From assembly GCA_050951805.1 (NCBI GenBank), contig JBMNJT010000002.1, forward strand, positions 160,001-224,000: a stretch of DNA of 64,000 bases, given 5' to 3'. Below the pieces are notes generated by a model that saw only the letters and a program-made list of their open reading frames with translations, did no database searches and was not told the DNA's origin. A program made the translations under genes and the position numbers. The DNA comes from Bacillota bacterium. Its GTDB lineage: Bacteria > Bacillota > DTU025. This document shows, piece by piece, positions 29,001 through 38,008 of this stretch. The number at the start of each line of letters is the position of its first letter. The first letter of the stretch is position 1.

Positions 29001-31547
29001 TATGGCGAGCTCGATGGAGTCCTCGATGGGTGTACTGTGGGCATCGAGAATTCTTCTGGAACCGTCGGACTGCAGGTTGCTCACAACGAGCCTTACTTGC
29101 ATAGCAATATGGCTATCGAGTTTACGCGTTCAAGTGATGCCTTAAGCTTCAAACCTGCGCGTGGCGTGGTGAGGCCTGGCGAAAGTGCAGCGATAGCTGT
29201 TGAACTGGATGCGAGAGCGCTGCCAGAGGGATTGCACAAGAGGGACATTGTGGTTGCGACCAATGATCTCAACAGCCCGTCTCTTGCAGTGCCGGTTTCG
29301 ATAGAGGTAACGCCCAACGCGGTTCCTGTGATAATCCGCGCTGAAGCAACCCCATCGCAAGGCGAACCCCCGCTTAGAGTGACGTTTGCGGCTGAGGCTA
29401 TTGATCCGGATGCAAACGGCGCCGTGGCTGACATGTGGTGGGACTTTGGCGATGGATCCGAGCCTGAGCATGTTGCCGAGACGAGTCACGTATATGCTGA
29501 GGCCGGACGCTACATGGCATCATTTTATGCTGTGGACGATATGGGGGCAGAGGCATCCGTTTCACTGTGGATCAACGTGGCTCGGGCGCCGCACGCTGTG
29601 ATAGATGTGGACTCGGTGGATGTTGCAGTGCTGCCCGATTTCCAGGGTGTTGCTTACGTGAAGATCCAGAACACCGGGGATGTGCCAATGAGGTATCGAG
29701 TGACCGGGCTTGAGAAACCGGGAGATGTGAAGATAACGAAGACTGCCGGAACGGATGAACTCGATCCGACTTCACCTTACGCCATCTCCACATTCGAGGT
29801 GGAAGGCGATTCAGTGCGCACGTTGAAGCCGGAGGCGGTTCTGAAGTCATGGGAGATTCCCGCGGCCAGTGAAGGCGGACCGGGATGGCCATGGGGTTGC
29901 GGCTTCGACGGAGAGCACATCTGGGTGTCAGACGTGAAGAAAGCCAACTTCAAGTACACCACTGACGGGGACTTCACAGGAGACAGATTCGACACCACCC
30001 AATGGACAACAGGGTGGGGAGGCGACTTCGCCTGGGACGGAAATCTCATGTGGCAAGTGAGTGTCGGTGGCAAGAACTACATCGGGGGACTCGATCCTCA
30101 GACAGGTGAATGCCTCGACATCATATCTGACCCGGATGGAATCTGGGATGGCCATGCTGAAAGAGGATTGGCCTATGATCCTGTCGAGGACGTATTCTAT
30201 ATCGGCGGCTGGGTGGACTACAAGATATACAAGATAGCAGGTAAGTCCTGGCCCGAGCCTGGCAAGATCCTGCGAGTGTATGACGATGTGACGCTTGCAG
30301 TTGCGGGTATCGCTAGGGTCGGCTGGCACCTGGTGCTCACGCTCAATACCCATCCCGACCTTGTTGCTGTGATGGACAGCATAACTGGCGAGATCATCAC
30401 CTGGATGGAGTCTCCATCGGTCAGCTCGATCCGGGTCGGCGGTTGTGAACAGGACGAAAACGGCAACGTATGGATGGTATACCAGGGTGAACAGGAACGT
30501 CCTGGTATGGCATACCTGCTCGACATGGGCCTTGCCTTGAACGATCCGCCTGAGTGGATGAGTATTTCGGAAGGCGAAGGGATTCTCCAGCCTGGCGAGG
30601 CTGCAGAGGTCGAAGTGAAGTTCAACGCATCTAGCGCGATGAAGCCTGGAGATGAGTATGAGGCCCAGATAGTGGTGACGACGAGCGATCCTGAAAATCA
30701 GATGTTGGTCTTGCCGGTCAACATGCGGATAAACGCCGCGCCTGCGGCGGACTTCAGTTTCGCGCGCACTGGCGAGGTTGCTGTGAGGATGATTGATGAA
30801 TCAACCGATTCGGACGGCGACATAACCGCGTGGAGCTGGTCGTTCGGGGATGGCACCACTTCCACTGAGAAGAATCCAGTTCATGAATACGCTGAGATTG
30901 GCACATACGAAGTGACCCTGACGGTCGCTGACAATGATGGCGCAACTGATACCATCACAAAGGTAGTCGACATAGATGCGCTTCCGTCAGTAGTCGTGTT
31001 GGCGCCGTTTGGCGGTGAGGTCTGGATGGGAACCAATGAGATCAGATGGACTGCGTCAGACACTGACACGCTCCCTGATGAGCTACTCATCAAGCTCGAG
31101 TTCTCATCAGACGGGGGAAAGACGTGGAAGCCGATTATGGACGGCGTCGAAAACAACGGGTCTTACACCTGGAATACTGCTGTGGTCGAGAAGGGCGATC
31201 GTTACGTGGTTCGGGTGACTGCAACGGATCCCGAAGGCGGGATTGGTGAAGGCGAGAGCGGAGAGTTCACGATCATCATCCTGTCTGAGGCGGTTGTGGC
31301 AGCTCCGAACCCAGCAAACCAGAACGTCACCTTCTACTACAACATCGCGGCAGATGGCAAGCTGTATGTGTATGACATAGCCGGAAGACTTGTCTACACG
31401 GCTGATATGGCGTCTGCAGCGAATGCACATGACTGGAATCTCGTTGCGACAGATGGACGACCTATAGCCAACGGTCTCTATCTCTACGTCATCGTCACAG
31501 AGGGCGGAGAGGTCTCCAAGGTCGGAAGGCTTGTGGTTGCAAAGTAG
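26061..31547 (+). CDS. Large secreted S8 (subtilisin-like) serine protease with PKD/Ig domains and a T9SS type-A-like C-terminal sorting domain
   Basis: Signal peptide and propeptide; triad VAVLD / HGTHTCG / GTSMATPHVAG; three PKD repeats (WDFADG, WDFGDG, WSFGDG); C-terminus APNP...VYDIAGRLV...NGLYLY...KVGRLVVAK. Confidence 0.92.
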   Translation: MKRHTRWLLVVTVLVAVAALGIGWSAMANERSAVALDPEQWAPAWQEGAEEFVPGEYLVRFVPGVQTVEAENIMGRSTMSIIKEIKFDPCKAFPEGLTLYHVKVEPGVVSAEAVCALEADPRVEYVEPNRKIFAAETVIPDDEYFNLLWGLHNIGQTFIGNVSGVEDADIDAPEAWAHRREAPEVIVAVLDADIQVDHPDLAPRMFINEGEIPGNGIDDDGNGFIDDVCGWDFHHNDNTLYDGESHHGTHTCGTIGAVGNNGIGVVGVAWNVKILPIKFIGPSGGSLADAAAALAYARQMGATITSNSWGYSGGPDKALEDAFAASDMLAICAAGNVAMDNDSNPNKSHYPSSYPLDNIIAVAATDCNDELAYFSCIGATTVDLAAPGHRILSTVPEEMYEVPYAFLSGTSMATPHVAGAAALLIAEYGDMPQYPGAEGYVEGDMTIKDLLLATVDKKPQLYGKMVSGGRLNLRNALLQMMPPVIESVGVDYTYGTPPLTVNFTAKVGAPESIANMWWDFADGSELCYEPNTTHVYENSGSYKATFHAVDVNGLEATASVAVAVFDDSYFVMIDDDGGNAVDEWYTNSLDRLGYKWVKLEPPVTLPTDITNPVIWFTANAARTTLTAEDQAWIGEYLDNGGRLFLSSQGVIDDLDIDHPFIHEYLHVASVRKNVGAKRVFGVPGDPMTDGWDITTEPLFMDRSDSIIPDDVAVPILINDSGRACALRYVGDNGSRLIFFSFPFEFIPGGATDSGPGSGSEDRPAVKVMDAIAKFLTEPGVAQVEVSPSSLEAVMAHGTTKQETFTISNKGDCDLYFDLSVAMPVQAEKNGGPDEFGYVWQDSDDPNGPAVEWVDITEKGTLAVFGDDYYKELDLPFEFDFYGQKKNSILISTNGYVTFGLRGAASSHTPIPDATAPNDMIALFWADVNARDGGVYYWHDARNGRFIVSYDGVQKQNEEYEPEGSFDFQVHLYEDGRIVLQYGELDGVLDGCTVGIENSSGTVGLQVAHNEPYLHSNMAIEFTRSSDALSFKPARGVVRPGESAAIAVELDARALPEGLHKRDIVVATNDLNSPSLAVPVSIEVTPNAVPVIIRAEATPSQGEPPLRVTFAAEAIDPDANGAVADMWWDFGDGSEPEHVAETSHVYAEAGRYMASFYAVDDMGAEASVSLWINVARAPHAVIDVDSVDVAVLPDFQGVAYVKIQNTGDVPMRYRVTGLEKPGDVKITKTAGTDELDPTSPYAISTFEVEGDSVRTLKPEAVLKSWEIPAASEGGPGWPWGCGFDGEHIWVSDVKKANFKYTTDGDFTGDRFDTTQWTTGWGGDFAWDGNLMWQVSVGGKNYIGGLDPQTGECLDIISDPDGIWDGHAERGLAYDPVEDVFYIGGWVDYKIYKIAGKSWPEPGKILRVYDDVTLAVAGIARVGWHLVLTLNTHPDLVAVMDSITGEIITWMESPSVSSIRVGGCEQDENGNVWMVYQGEQERPGMAYLLDMGLALNDPPEWMSISEGEGILQPGEAAEVEVKFNASSAMKPGDEYEAQIVVTTSDPENQMLVLPVNMRINAAPAADFSFARTGEVAVRMIDESTDSDGDITAWSWSFGDGTTSTEKNPVHEYAEIGTYEVTLTVADNDGATDTITKVVDIDALPSVVVLAPFGGEVWMGTNEIRWTASDTDTLPDELLIKLEFSSDGGKTWKPIMDGVENNGSYTWNTAVVEKGDRYVVRVTATDPEGGIGEGESGEFTIIILSEAVVAAPNPANQNVTFYYNIAADGKLYVYDIAGRLVYTADMASAANAHDWNLVATDGRPIANGLYLYVIVTEGGEVSKVGRLVVAK

Positions 31548-31559
31548 CATACAGGAATA

Positions 31560-31597
31560 TGCGGGGGCGGGCGGTGTCTGCCGATCCGGCCCCGCAT
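31560..31597 (+). other. Intergenic GC-rich hairpin between the protease and the PorV-like gene
   Basis: TGCGGGGGCGGG...TCCGGCCCCGCA stem with only a short U run; could be a partial terminator or an mRNA-stabilising stem. Confidence 0.4.
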
Positions 31598-31705
31598 CTT
31601 GAAGCTTTATGGGTCGCGAGTTGCGCCTGTAGGCACAGCCCGCGGCAGACGACGTAGATTACAAGATGAGGCCACTGATGTGGATACGAAAGGACGGAGC
31701 AAATT

Positions 31706-32614
31706 ATGCGACGGATCAGCAGGTCAGTGCAGCGCCGCATGGCAACTGTTCTTATGGCGGCGCTTCTTGCTGTGGCCATTGCGGGACAGGCGTTTGCTGC
31801 AGAGGAAACGAGTGATCCAGTTGGAACAGCTGCCATGCTAAACCTTGGTATGGGGGCGCGAGCAATTGGCATGGGTGGCGCCCATATTGCGGTAGCCGAC
31901 GATGCAACGGCGATATACTATAACCCTGCGGCATTAGATGTCATCCGTGATCGCAATGTGACTTCGCTATACGCAAGGCTGCATGGGGCAGCAGACTACT
32001 TGGCTCTTGGATATGCGCAGGAAAGCGTGGGCGTGGGGGTTTACGGGCTGAGCGCTTCGGGCATCGAAGAGACGGATGAGTATGGCAACGTAATCGGAAC
32101 CTTCGGCGTGAACGATTTCGTGCTGGCGGCCGGATATGGTCGGGAGGTAGCTTCGGGCCTGAGCCTGGGAGCGACGGTCAAGGTCTACTCCGAGTCGGCG
32201 CCGGGCAATGCCGGCAAGGGCATAACCGGGGACGTTGGTGTTCTCTACTCCATGAACGATGGGAAGCTTCGCTTGGGCGCGGTAGGAAGGAACCTTGTAG
32301 GCGGTGTCAGATACGAAAGCGGCGCCACCGATGATTTCGAGAGGTCCTTTGGCGCAGGTGTTGCGTACCTCCCCATGGATAACCTCCTCATAGCCGCTGA
32401 TGCCGTGTTCGAGGATGGCTTTGCGGGCTGTGCGGGCGTTGAGTATCGAGTAGGCAAGATCGCTCTTCGGGCAGGCGGCAACTACGGGGCCGGCGGGTCT
32501 TCGCTTACAGCCGGAGCCGGGTTTGCTGTTGCGAACTTCACGATCGATTATGCCTATCAGTCTCACAGCGTTCTGCCTGACTCGCACAGGCTTTCGCTGG
32601 GCGTACGATTCTAG
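31706..32614 (+). CDS. PorV/PorQ (UPF0164, FadL-like) outer-membrane beta-barrel protein
   Basis: Signal peptide (AFA-AE); hatch motif GARAIGMGGA..AVADDATAIYYNPAAL; C-terminal IDYAY...SHRLSLGVRF beta-signal. Confidence 0.88.
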   Translation: MRRISRSVQRRMATVLMAALLAVAIAGQAFAAEETSDPVGTAAMLNLGMGARAIGMGGAHIAVADDATAIYYNPAALDVIRDRNVTSLYARLHGAADYLALGYAQESVGVGVYGLSASGIEETDEYGNVIGTFGVNDFVLAAGYGREVASGLSLGATVKVYSESAPGNAGKGITGDVGVLYSMNDGKLRLGAVGRNLVGGVRYESGATDDFERSFGAGVAYLPMDNLLIAADAVFEDGFAGCAGVEYRVGKIALRAGGNYGAGGSSLTAGAGFAVANFTIDYAYQSHSVLPDSHRLSLGVRF

Positions 32615-32697
32615 TAGAGCTGCGACCGAGTCATAGACTGCACTTCAGGCGGGCTGGCGAACTGGGCCCTGTTTCTGAAGGGCAAAGCAACTATAGT

Positions 32698-32728
32698 GAG
32701 GACCCCTCTCTGTGTGAGAGGGGTCTTC
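32698..32728 (+). terminator. Hairpin downstream of the PorV-like gene
   Basis: GAGGACCCCTCTC-TGTGT-GAGAGGGGTCTTC 13-bp stem. Confidence 0.6.
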
Positions 32729-33330
32729 AAATAACGCATTGTTTTCTATCGAGTAAGCGACACTGAGATCTATGCTAGTCGGAAGAGACCGCACTACCTG
32801 GTTGCGGTTGGCCGTGAGATCGAGATGTTGCCTTGTTTCAGGATCCAGACCGGCACTGTGATGAGCCTCATGGTAGTGATAATCGATTTGGCCTGGTTTG
32901 CGCTAACCGTTCCAGCGGTCTCAAACTGGGAGGCACCACGTTTCTAGCATGTCTCATGTACTACCCGCCTGACATATGGAGATCGCGGCTAGCCCAGAGC
33001 ATTCCTCGTCAGCGGGGGGCAGAGCATCTATGGTCTTGTGGTGTGGTTCTGGTCTTTGCAGGATTATCCTTTTTGCTTGTTGTGAGGACATCTTAACGTC
33101 ATTCCTGGCGGCTCTACCACAGTCAAGCAATCGGCATGCACGACACTTGAGATCAGTTCACCCCGGAGGTATCACCCGGTGGCAAGGAGAGATGCTGCGA
33201 TCATGGTTACTTTGATGTTTGTGTACTAACGATGCTACGCTGTGCGAAGTAAGCTAGAAGGTTAATGAAGCTCGCGTCTAGAATTAAGCGTCTAGCAGCA
33301 TCCGCTGGGGCGGATAGCTAGGAGGAGAGA

Positions 33331-33822
33331 ATGGTGGGCGGGAACGCTGTTGAAGAAGCGTTTAAGATGATGACTTATGGTGTGTACATAATAGGCACGG
33401 CGGCAGCGGGGAAGATCAATGGCATGACGGCTGCATGGGTCACGCGAGTATCGGTCGATCCCCCATTGCTGCTCGTAGCAATTTCAAAGGGCCATTACAC
33501 TACAGAGCTGATCAGAGCATCGAGGGTTTTCTCAGTAAACTTGGTCAGCCCTCAGCAGGCCGAACTTGCCGCAAAGTGTGGTTCAGTCTCTGGCCGGATA
33601 TGCAACAAGCTTGTTGACGAAGAGATAGAGTACGGCGAAACGGGCGCTCCGATACTGACCGAAGCTGCCGCGTGGCTCGATTGCGAGGAAATTGATGAGT
33701 TCGAATGCGGAGACCACATATGCTTCGTGGGCAGAGTTGTCGGCGCCGGCAAGAGATCGGAGCAGGCGCTGATGTACAGGAAAGGGAGTATGCAGCCGGT
33801 TCCTGCCCAAAACGATGCTTGA
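33331..33822 (+). CDS. Flavin reductase family protein
   Basis: YGVYII, NGMTAAW, VS.DPP, TGAPIL, GDH..FVG motifs; RBS AGGAGG. Confidence 0.92.
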   Translation: MVGGNAVEEAFKMMTYGVYIIGTAAAGKINGMTAAWVTRVSVDPPLLLVAISKGHYTTELIRASRVFSVNLVSPQQAELAAKCGSVSGRICNKLVDEEIEYGETGAPILTEAAAWLDCEEIDEFECGDHICFVGRVVGAGKRSEQALMYRKGSMQPVPAQNDA

Positions 33823-33949
33823 GGAAAGATTGATCGGGGAATAGGCCTTAAGAACAGGTATGAGCCGGAAGGGCCGATGGTCCGCCGCGGTCAGGCGACG
33901 GGATACGGTCACTTCCGGCTTTCCGTTGCGTTGTCGACCGATCTGCTTT

Positions 33950-34633
33950 CTACGTATTCGGCAGACCCTTAACGAAGGTCTGCAGGTGTTGATCGTAATG
34001 CCAATGGCGCCTTCGGGCATCTTCGTCTGTCTCGGTGAATATGAATACGAGTTGTCGTGAATCGTCGCAAATTCCGTCTCCGAGCCTTGCTGATGCATCA
34101 GCGATCGCTCTGTTCATGTTGTCGAGCAGATGCTGAGGTTCGTCCACCCTGTCCACGAAACCGGCGGGACGTAGGAGCACGTTGTAGGAGATCGCAACCT
34201 TAAACGGGTTTCTCGCGTCCATGAGCTTGATGAAGTCGTACACGATTTCTTCATGGGTCCACCCATACTCCATCGTCAGCTCTATCCCTATCTCGGGACT
34301 CTCGTAGTCTCCTATCGCGAAATCAATGAACCCTGCTGATCCATGTTCCTTCGGCCAGTATTCTGTTTCGCCTTCGCCATTTGTCAGCCGCCCGTACCGG
34401 CCATAGTCCAAGTGTGTCTGTTCCTTGTATGTGGGCCATTCAGGATGGAGTTGCACTGGTTGAATAGCCCCTGTCAGGTTGAGCAATCTGAAATCCCAAT
34501 TGAGTATCGCAGAAAGGTAATGGCGAAGATAGTCCTCATTGAGCATGAGATACGGCCCGAGCGACGCGAAGTCGATGGTTCCCGCTATTGCCTTGATGCT
34601 GCTGACTACGTCGGCCGCGGTTATCGATGCCAT
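33950..34633 (-). CDS. Hypothetical protein, PD-(D/E)XK nuclease-like
   Basis: NEDYLRHYL...HPEWP...GFIDFAIG...IGIELT...DFIKL ordering resembles a restriction-endonuclease-like fold. Confidence 0.5.
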   Translation of the reverse strand: MASITAADVVSSIKAIAGTIDFASLGPYLMLNEDYLRHYLSAILNWDFRLLNLTGAIQPVQLHPEWPTYKEQTHLDYGRYGRLTNGEGETEYWPKEHGSAGFIDFAIGDYESPEIGIELTMEYGWTHEEIVYDFIKLMDARNPFKVAISYNVLLRPAGFVDRVDEPQHLLDNMNRAIADASARLGDGICDDSRQLVFIFTETDEDARRRHWHYDQHLQTFVKGLPNT

Positions 34634-34802
34634 TCATATCGCCCCCTGGCAGTAGTCTAAAACTCCTATGCATGGATGGGCGGTGGCGATGGCATGCATG
34701 AGCCTGAACGCAACCGCCATGTTCCTGCTTCGAGTTCTTGTTGGTTCTTCGCCATCGAGTTCCATATACCTTCGTCCGCCAGGGTGAGCAGACCGCGCGA
34801 TC

Positions 34803-35387
34803 CTACTCTGATTCCTGTTCGAGCTTCCACTCTCCGTTATGGTAGCTGTACCACAAAGCCCGCTTGTGCGAAGATTGGGCATCTGCTCCCCCTTCGGTCG
34901 AGAAAACGGGGAAGGATCTGACGACCTTGTTGTTGTCAACTGAATAGTCGTCGTGCCCTCTGTACCCAGCCTTCTGTGCTTCGGTCAGATCGGGGAATGG
35001 CTGCTCTCTCAATTCGGGCTCGTTCCATTCGTACACGTGCAAGGCCCCGCGCTTCTCTTCATCCGGGGACACACTCCATACCAGCACTTCGAACTTGTCA
35101 TTGGAGTCGAGATCCGTAACCCACGATGTATAAACAGGGTCAGTCTCGAAGACCGTCGAGACGGTCTTCATTCCAGTGCGTGCCACAGTTATCTTGCCTT
35201 CTTCAGGAGCAGTCGTATCCTTTGCCTTGGCGACTGAGGACACAGTAATCCTGTACGGGCCAAATGTATCCTCCTTGGAATAACTCGCAGCAGGCTTTTT
35301 CTGAAAAATGCCTGTATCGGGGCAGCCTGCAGTAAGAAGGCTAAGACCTACAGCGAATAGTAGAAGCGCCACAATCCGTTTTCTCAT
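34803..35387 (-). CDS. Lipoprotein, PliI-like (inhibitor of I-type lysozyme)
   Basis: Lipobox LTAGC; DLD...E..V, GYRGHD.Y.V....V.RSFPVF motifs; RBS GGAGG. Confidence 0.72.
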   Translation of the reverse strand: MRKRIVALLLFAVGLSLLTAGCPDTGIFQKKPAASYSKEDTFGPYRITVSSVAKAKDTTAPEEGKITVARTGMKTVSTVFETDPVYTSWVTDLDSNDKFEVLVWSVSPDEEKRGALHVYEWNEPELREQPFPDLTEAQKAGYRGHDDYSVDNNKVVRSFPVFSTEGGADAQSSHKRALWYSYHNGEWKLEQESE

Positions 35388-35945
35388 TTCTGTTCCTCCC
35401 TTATGCATTTGGAATAGTGCACTCGCGGGCACAGCTATTATTCCCAAAAGTGGCACTTGCATAACCACAGTGAAGAAATTGTGAGGGAGGAGGAGGGAAG
35501 CCATGGGATCAGGATGAGCTGGCGGTTGATTGGGAGCATGAAGCTGACGTTACGTGTGTGGGTTTTGCCATGATGTCATCTTGGTCGAAACCCGATCGTC
35601 CCTCGGGCAGCAGAACCATGTTTGAACTCTGAAGCTGGTGCCGCTTCGCCGAGCTCCAGACTATTTCTGAAAGAAGATTGCCATGAGTTCGCATTTGGGT
35701 TTCACCTTGCACTTGGGGTCTGTTTATGCACCGGGTATTGCCATAAGGAGGCAGACTCCGTTTTGATGCTGTGGGACATGGCTAAAACTTGAACACTTGC
35801 AATTGAAAAAGATGTAAAAGCTAGACATGCCCCCCAAACATTTGCCCCGGAGCCCGGCAGAGAGAAGCTGGCTATATGATGATGGCGCTCTGGTCGCAGG
35901 TTTGCGCGGAGAAGCACCTGCACAGAGATAACAGACGAGGACTAT

Positions 35946-37187
35946 CTATTCGCGCGCCAGCGCCTTGACTTCATCATACACCGCCTTCAGCGGAACCCCG
36001 TACTCCTTAGCAAGCTTCCTGCAATCCTCATACTCCGGCGCGACATTGACGAGTCTATCGCCGAATCGCGCCACTTTCACCCGTACGACTCCATACTCCG
36101 TAGAGACATTGATCCATTCGCGCTGGGTCGTCCGCCGTGAGACTTCTTGGATGCGCACGCCCAGGGTCGTAGTCTCTTCGAAAAGCGTAGTTGTCACAAT
36201 ATCCAGTGCTGTGCGGGGAGTGAGCACCGTAATGAGATGTCCGGGGCGTCCTTTCTTCATCAGCACGGGGGTTACGAACGCGTCAAGGGCGCCCCTTTTC
36301 AGCAGAAGATCCATCACGTGCTCGTAAAACTCCGGGTTCATGTCATCGATGTTGCATTCCACAGTGACCAGGTCGCATGCTGCGTCTCCATCCTCAGTGG
36401 AATAATGCTGCATCGTCTTGCCGATGAGCACCCGAAGCAGGTTGGGAATCTCAAAATCGTGCCGCCCGGCCCCGTATCCTATTCGCTCTATGCTTATCTC
36501 AGGTATGGGCCCGAAGGATTCCGCGAGGGTAGTGATGATTGCCGCGCCGGTTGGCGTGGCAAGCTCTCCTCGAACGCCGGTGGCGTACACCGGAACGTTG
36601 CGGAGCAGCTCGGCGGTGGCAGGCGCCGGCACGGGCAGGGTGCCGTGGGCGCACCTCACGAGGCCTGTCCCTACATGGATGGGCGATGCGAATACCCTCT
36701 CCACTCCCATAATTCTCAGGCCTGCAACAGCGCCTACCACGTCAACAACCGTATCTATCGCGCCTACCTCGTGGAAATGCACGCGGTCGACGGGAATCCC
36801 GTGAACTAATGCTTCGGCTTCTGCAAGGCGCCGGAAGATGGCGCGACTCGTTTCGCGAACCTCCGCATCCAGGCCGCTCCCATCGAGCAGCTTTTCTATG
36901 GCCGAGAGGTTTCTGAATAAAGTGTCGTGATCATGGCCGTGATGATGGTCATGAGAATGCTCGCGGTCGCGCTTTTGGTGGGCTTCGGCCGTTATGACCT
37001 CAACGTGTGTGCCGCCGATGCCTTTCCGCAGCACTTTGCTGACTGCGAGGTCGAAGTGTTCGAGCCCGCCCTGCTCGAGCCGGGAAAGCTCTGAAAGGAG
37101 ATCATCCGGGTCAAGCCCTGCATCGATGAGGGCGCCCAGAATCATGTCGCCGCTGATGCCGCTATAACAGTCGAAATAGGCTATCAT
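35946..37187 (-). CDS. larC: Nickel-pincer nucleotide cofactor nickel insertase (single chain)
   Basis: YFDCYSGISGDMILGAL, His-rich HSHDHHHGHDH, VHFHEVGA.D, PVPAPAT, TPTGAAI, NIDDM, MKKGRP, TTTLGVR, PEYEDC. Confidence 0.96.
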   Translation of the reverse strand: MIAYFDCYSGISGDMILGALIDAGLDPDDLLSELSRLEQGGLEHFDLAVSKVLRKGIGGTHVEVITAEAHQKRDREHSHDHHHGHDHDTLFRNLSAIEKLLDGSGLDAEVRETSRAIFRRLAEAEALVHGIPVDRVHFHEVGAIDTVVDVVGAVAGLRIMGVERVFASPIHVGTGLVRCAHGTLPVPAPATAELLRNVPVYATGVRGELATPTGAAIITTLAESFGPIPEISIERIGYGAGRHDFEIPNLLRVLIGKTMQHYSTEDGDAACDLVTVECNIDDMNPEFYEHVMDLLLKRGALDAFVTPVLMKKGRPGHLITVLTPRTALDIVTTTLFEETTTLGVRIQEVSRRTTQREWINVSTEYGVVRVKVARFGDRLVNVAPEYEDCRKLAKEYGVPLKAVYDEVKALARE

Positions 37188-37200
37188 CAGTGAATGCCTC

Positions 37201-37974
37201 CTAAATGGGGTCGGGATTATCCTCGCCCAACCGGTTGATTATCGACGCGAGGTATCCTGCGCCGAAACCGTTGTCGATGTTGACCACTGACACTCCGGCA
37301 GCGCAGCTGTTCAACATGGTCAGAAGGGGAGCCAGTCCGCCGAAACTGGCGCCATAGCCCACGCTGGTGGGGACTCCGATGACTGGCTTGTCTACCAGGC
37401 CGGCAATTATGCTGGCGAGAGCGCCTTCCATTCCTGCCACAACTATGAGCACCCGTGCTGACCGGAGCAGATCGACTTTATCGAGCAGGCGGTGAATGCC
37501 TGCCACACCGACGTCATACAGGCGTTCCACCTTGTTACCCATGATCTCTGCAGTTACCGCCGCCTCTTCCGCAACAGGCATGTCGGAAGTCCCCGCGGCC
37601 GCTACGAGCACCATCCCTTCGGTGGGGGTCGGCAGATCCCGCTGGACGGATATGATGTGCGCTGTTTCATGGTAGACTGCGTCAGGTGCTACTTGGCGGA
37701 CGGCATCGAAGGTGTCTGTGTCTGCGCGAGTTGCCAAGAGTACTGAGGCTCCCCGATCCAAGATGGCCTGGGCTATCCGCGCTACCTGCTCAGGTGTTTT
37801 GCCACTCGAGTATATTACCTCCGGGAACCTGGTTCGAAGATTGCGGTGGTGATCGACCTTGGCGAAACCGAGGTCTTCGTATGGCAACATGCGGAGCTCC
37901 TCCAGGGCTTCGCCGGGGTCTATGTCGCCGTCCCTTACCGATTCGAGGAGAAGCAATATGCTCTTGGGATCCAT
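37201..37974 (-). CDS. larB: Nickel-pincer cofactor biosynthesis carboxylase/hydrolase
   Basis: DLGFAKVDHHR, AGTSDMPVAEEA, DVGVAGIHRL, AGMEGAL, VPTSVGYG, VVNIDNGFGA. Confidence 0.96.
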   Translation of the reverse strand: MDPKSILLLLESVRDGDIDPGEALEELRMLPYEDLGFAKVDHHRNLRTRFPEVIYSSGKTPEQVARIAQAILDRGASVLLATRADTDTFDAVRQVAPDAVYHETAHIISVQRDLPTPTEGMVLVAAAGTSDMPVAEEAAVTAEIMGNKVERLYDVGVAGIHRLLDKVDLLRSARVLIVVAGMEGALASIIAGLVDKPVIGVPTSVGYGASFGGLAPLLTMLNSCAAGVSVVNIDNGFGAGYLASIINRLGEDNPDPI

Positions 37975-38008
37975 CGTGTGCATCGCCCCTTTCAACGCTT
38001 CGCCATAG

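Noticed and set aside
34634-34939. 101-aa minus-strand ORF between the PliI-like and nuclease-like genes
   Set aside because: It overlaps the PliI-like gene and has no recognisable features.
35505-35945. Short ORFs or ncRNA in the intergenic region downstream of larC
   Set aside because: No RBS-supported ORF and no convincing structure or repeat.
35946-37187. Programmed frameshift in larC, as in L. plantarum larC1/C2
   Set aside because: The ORF is continuous and contains both halves.
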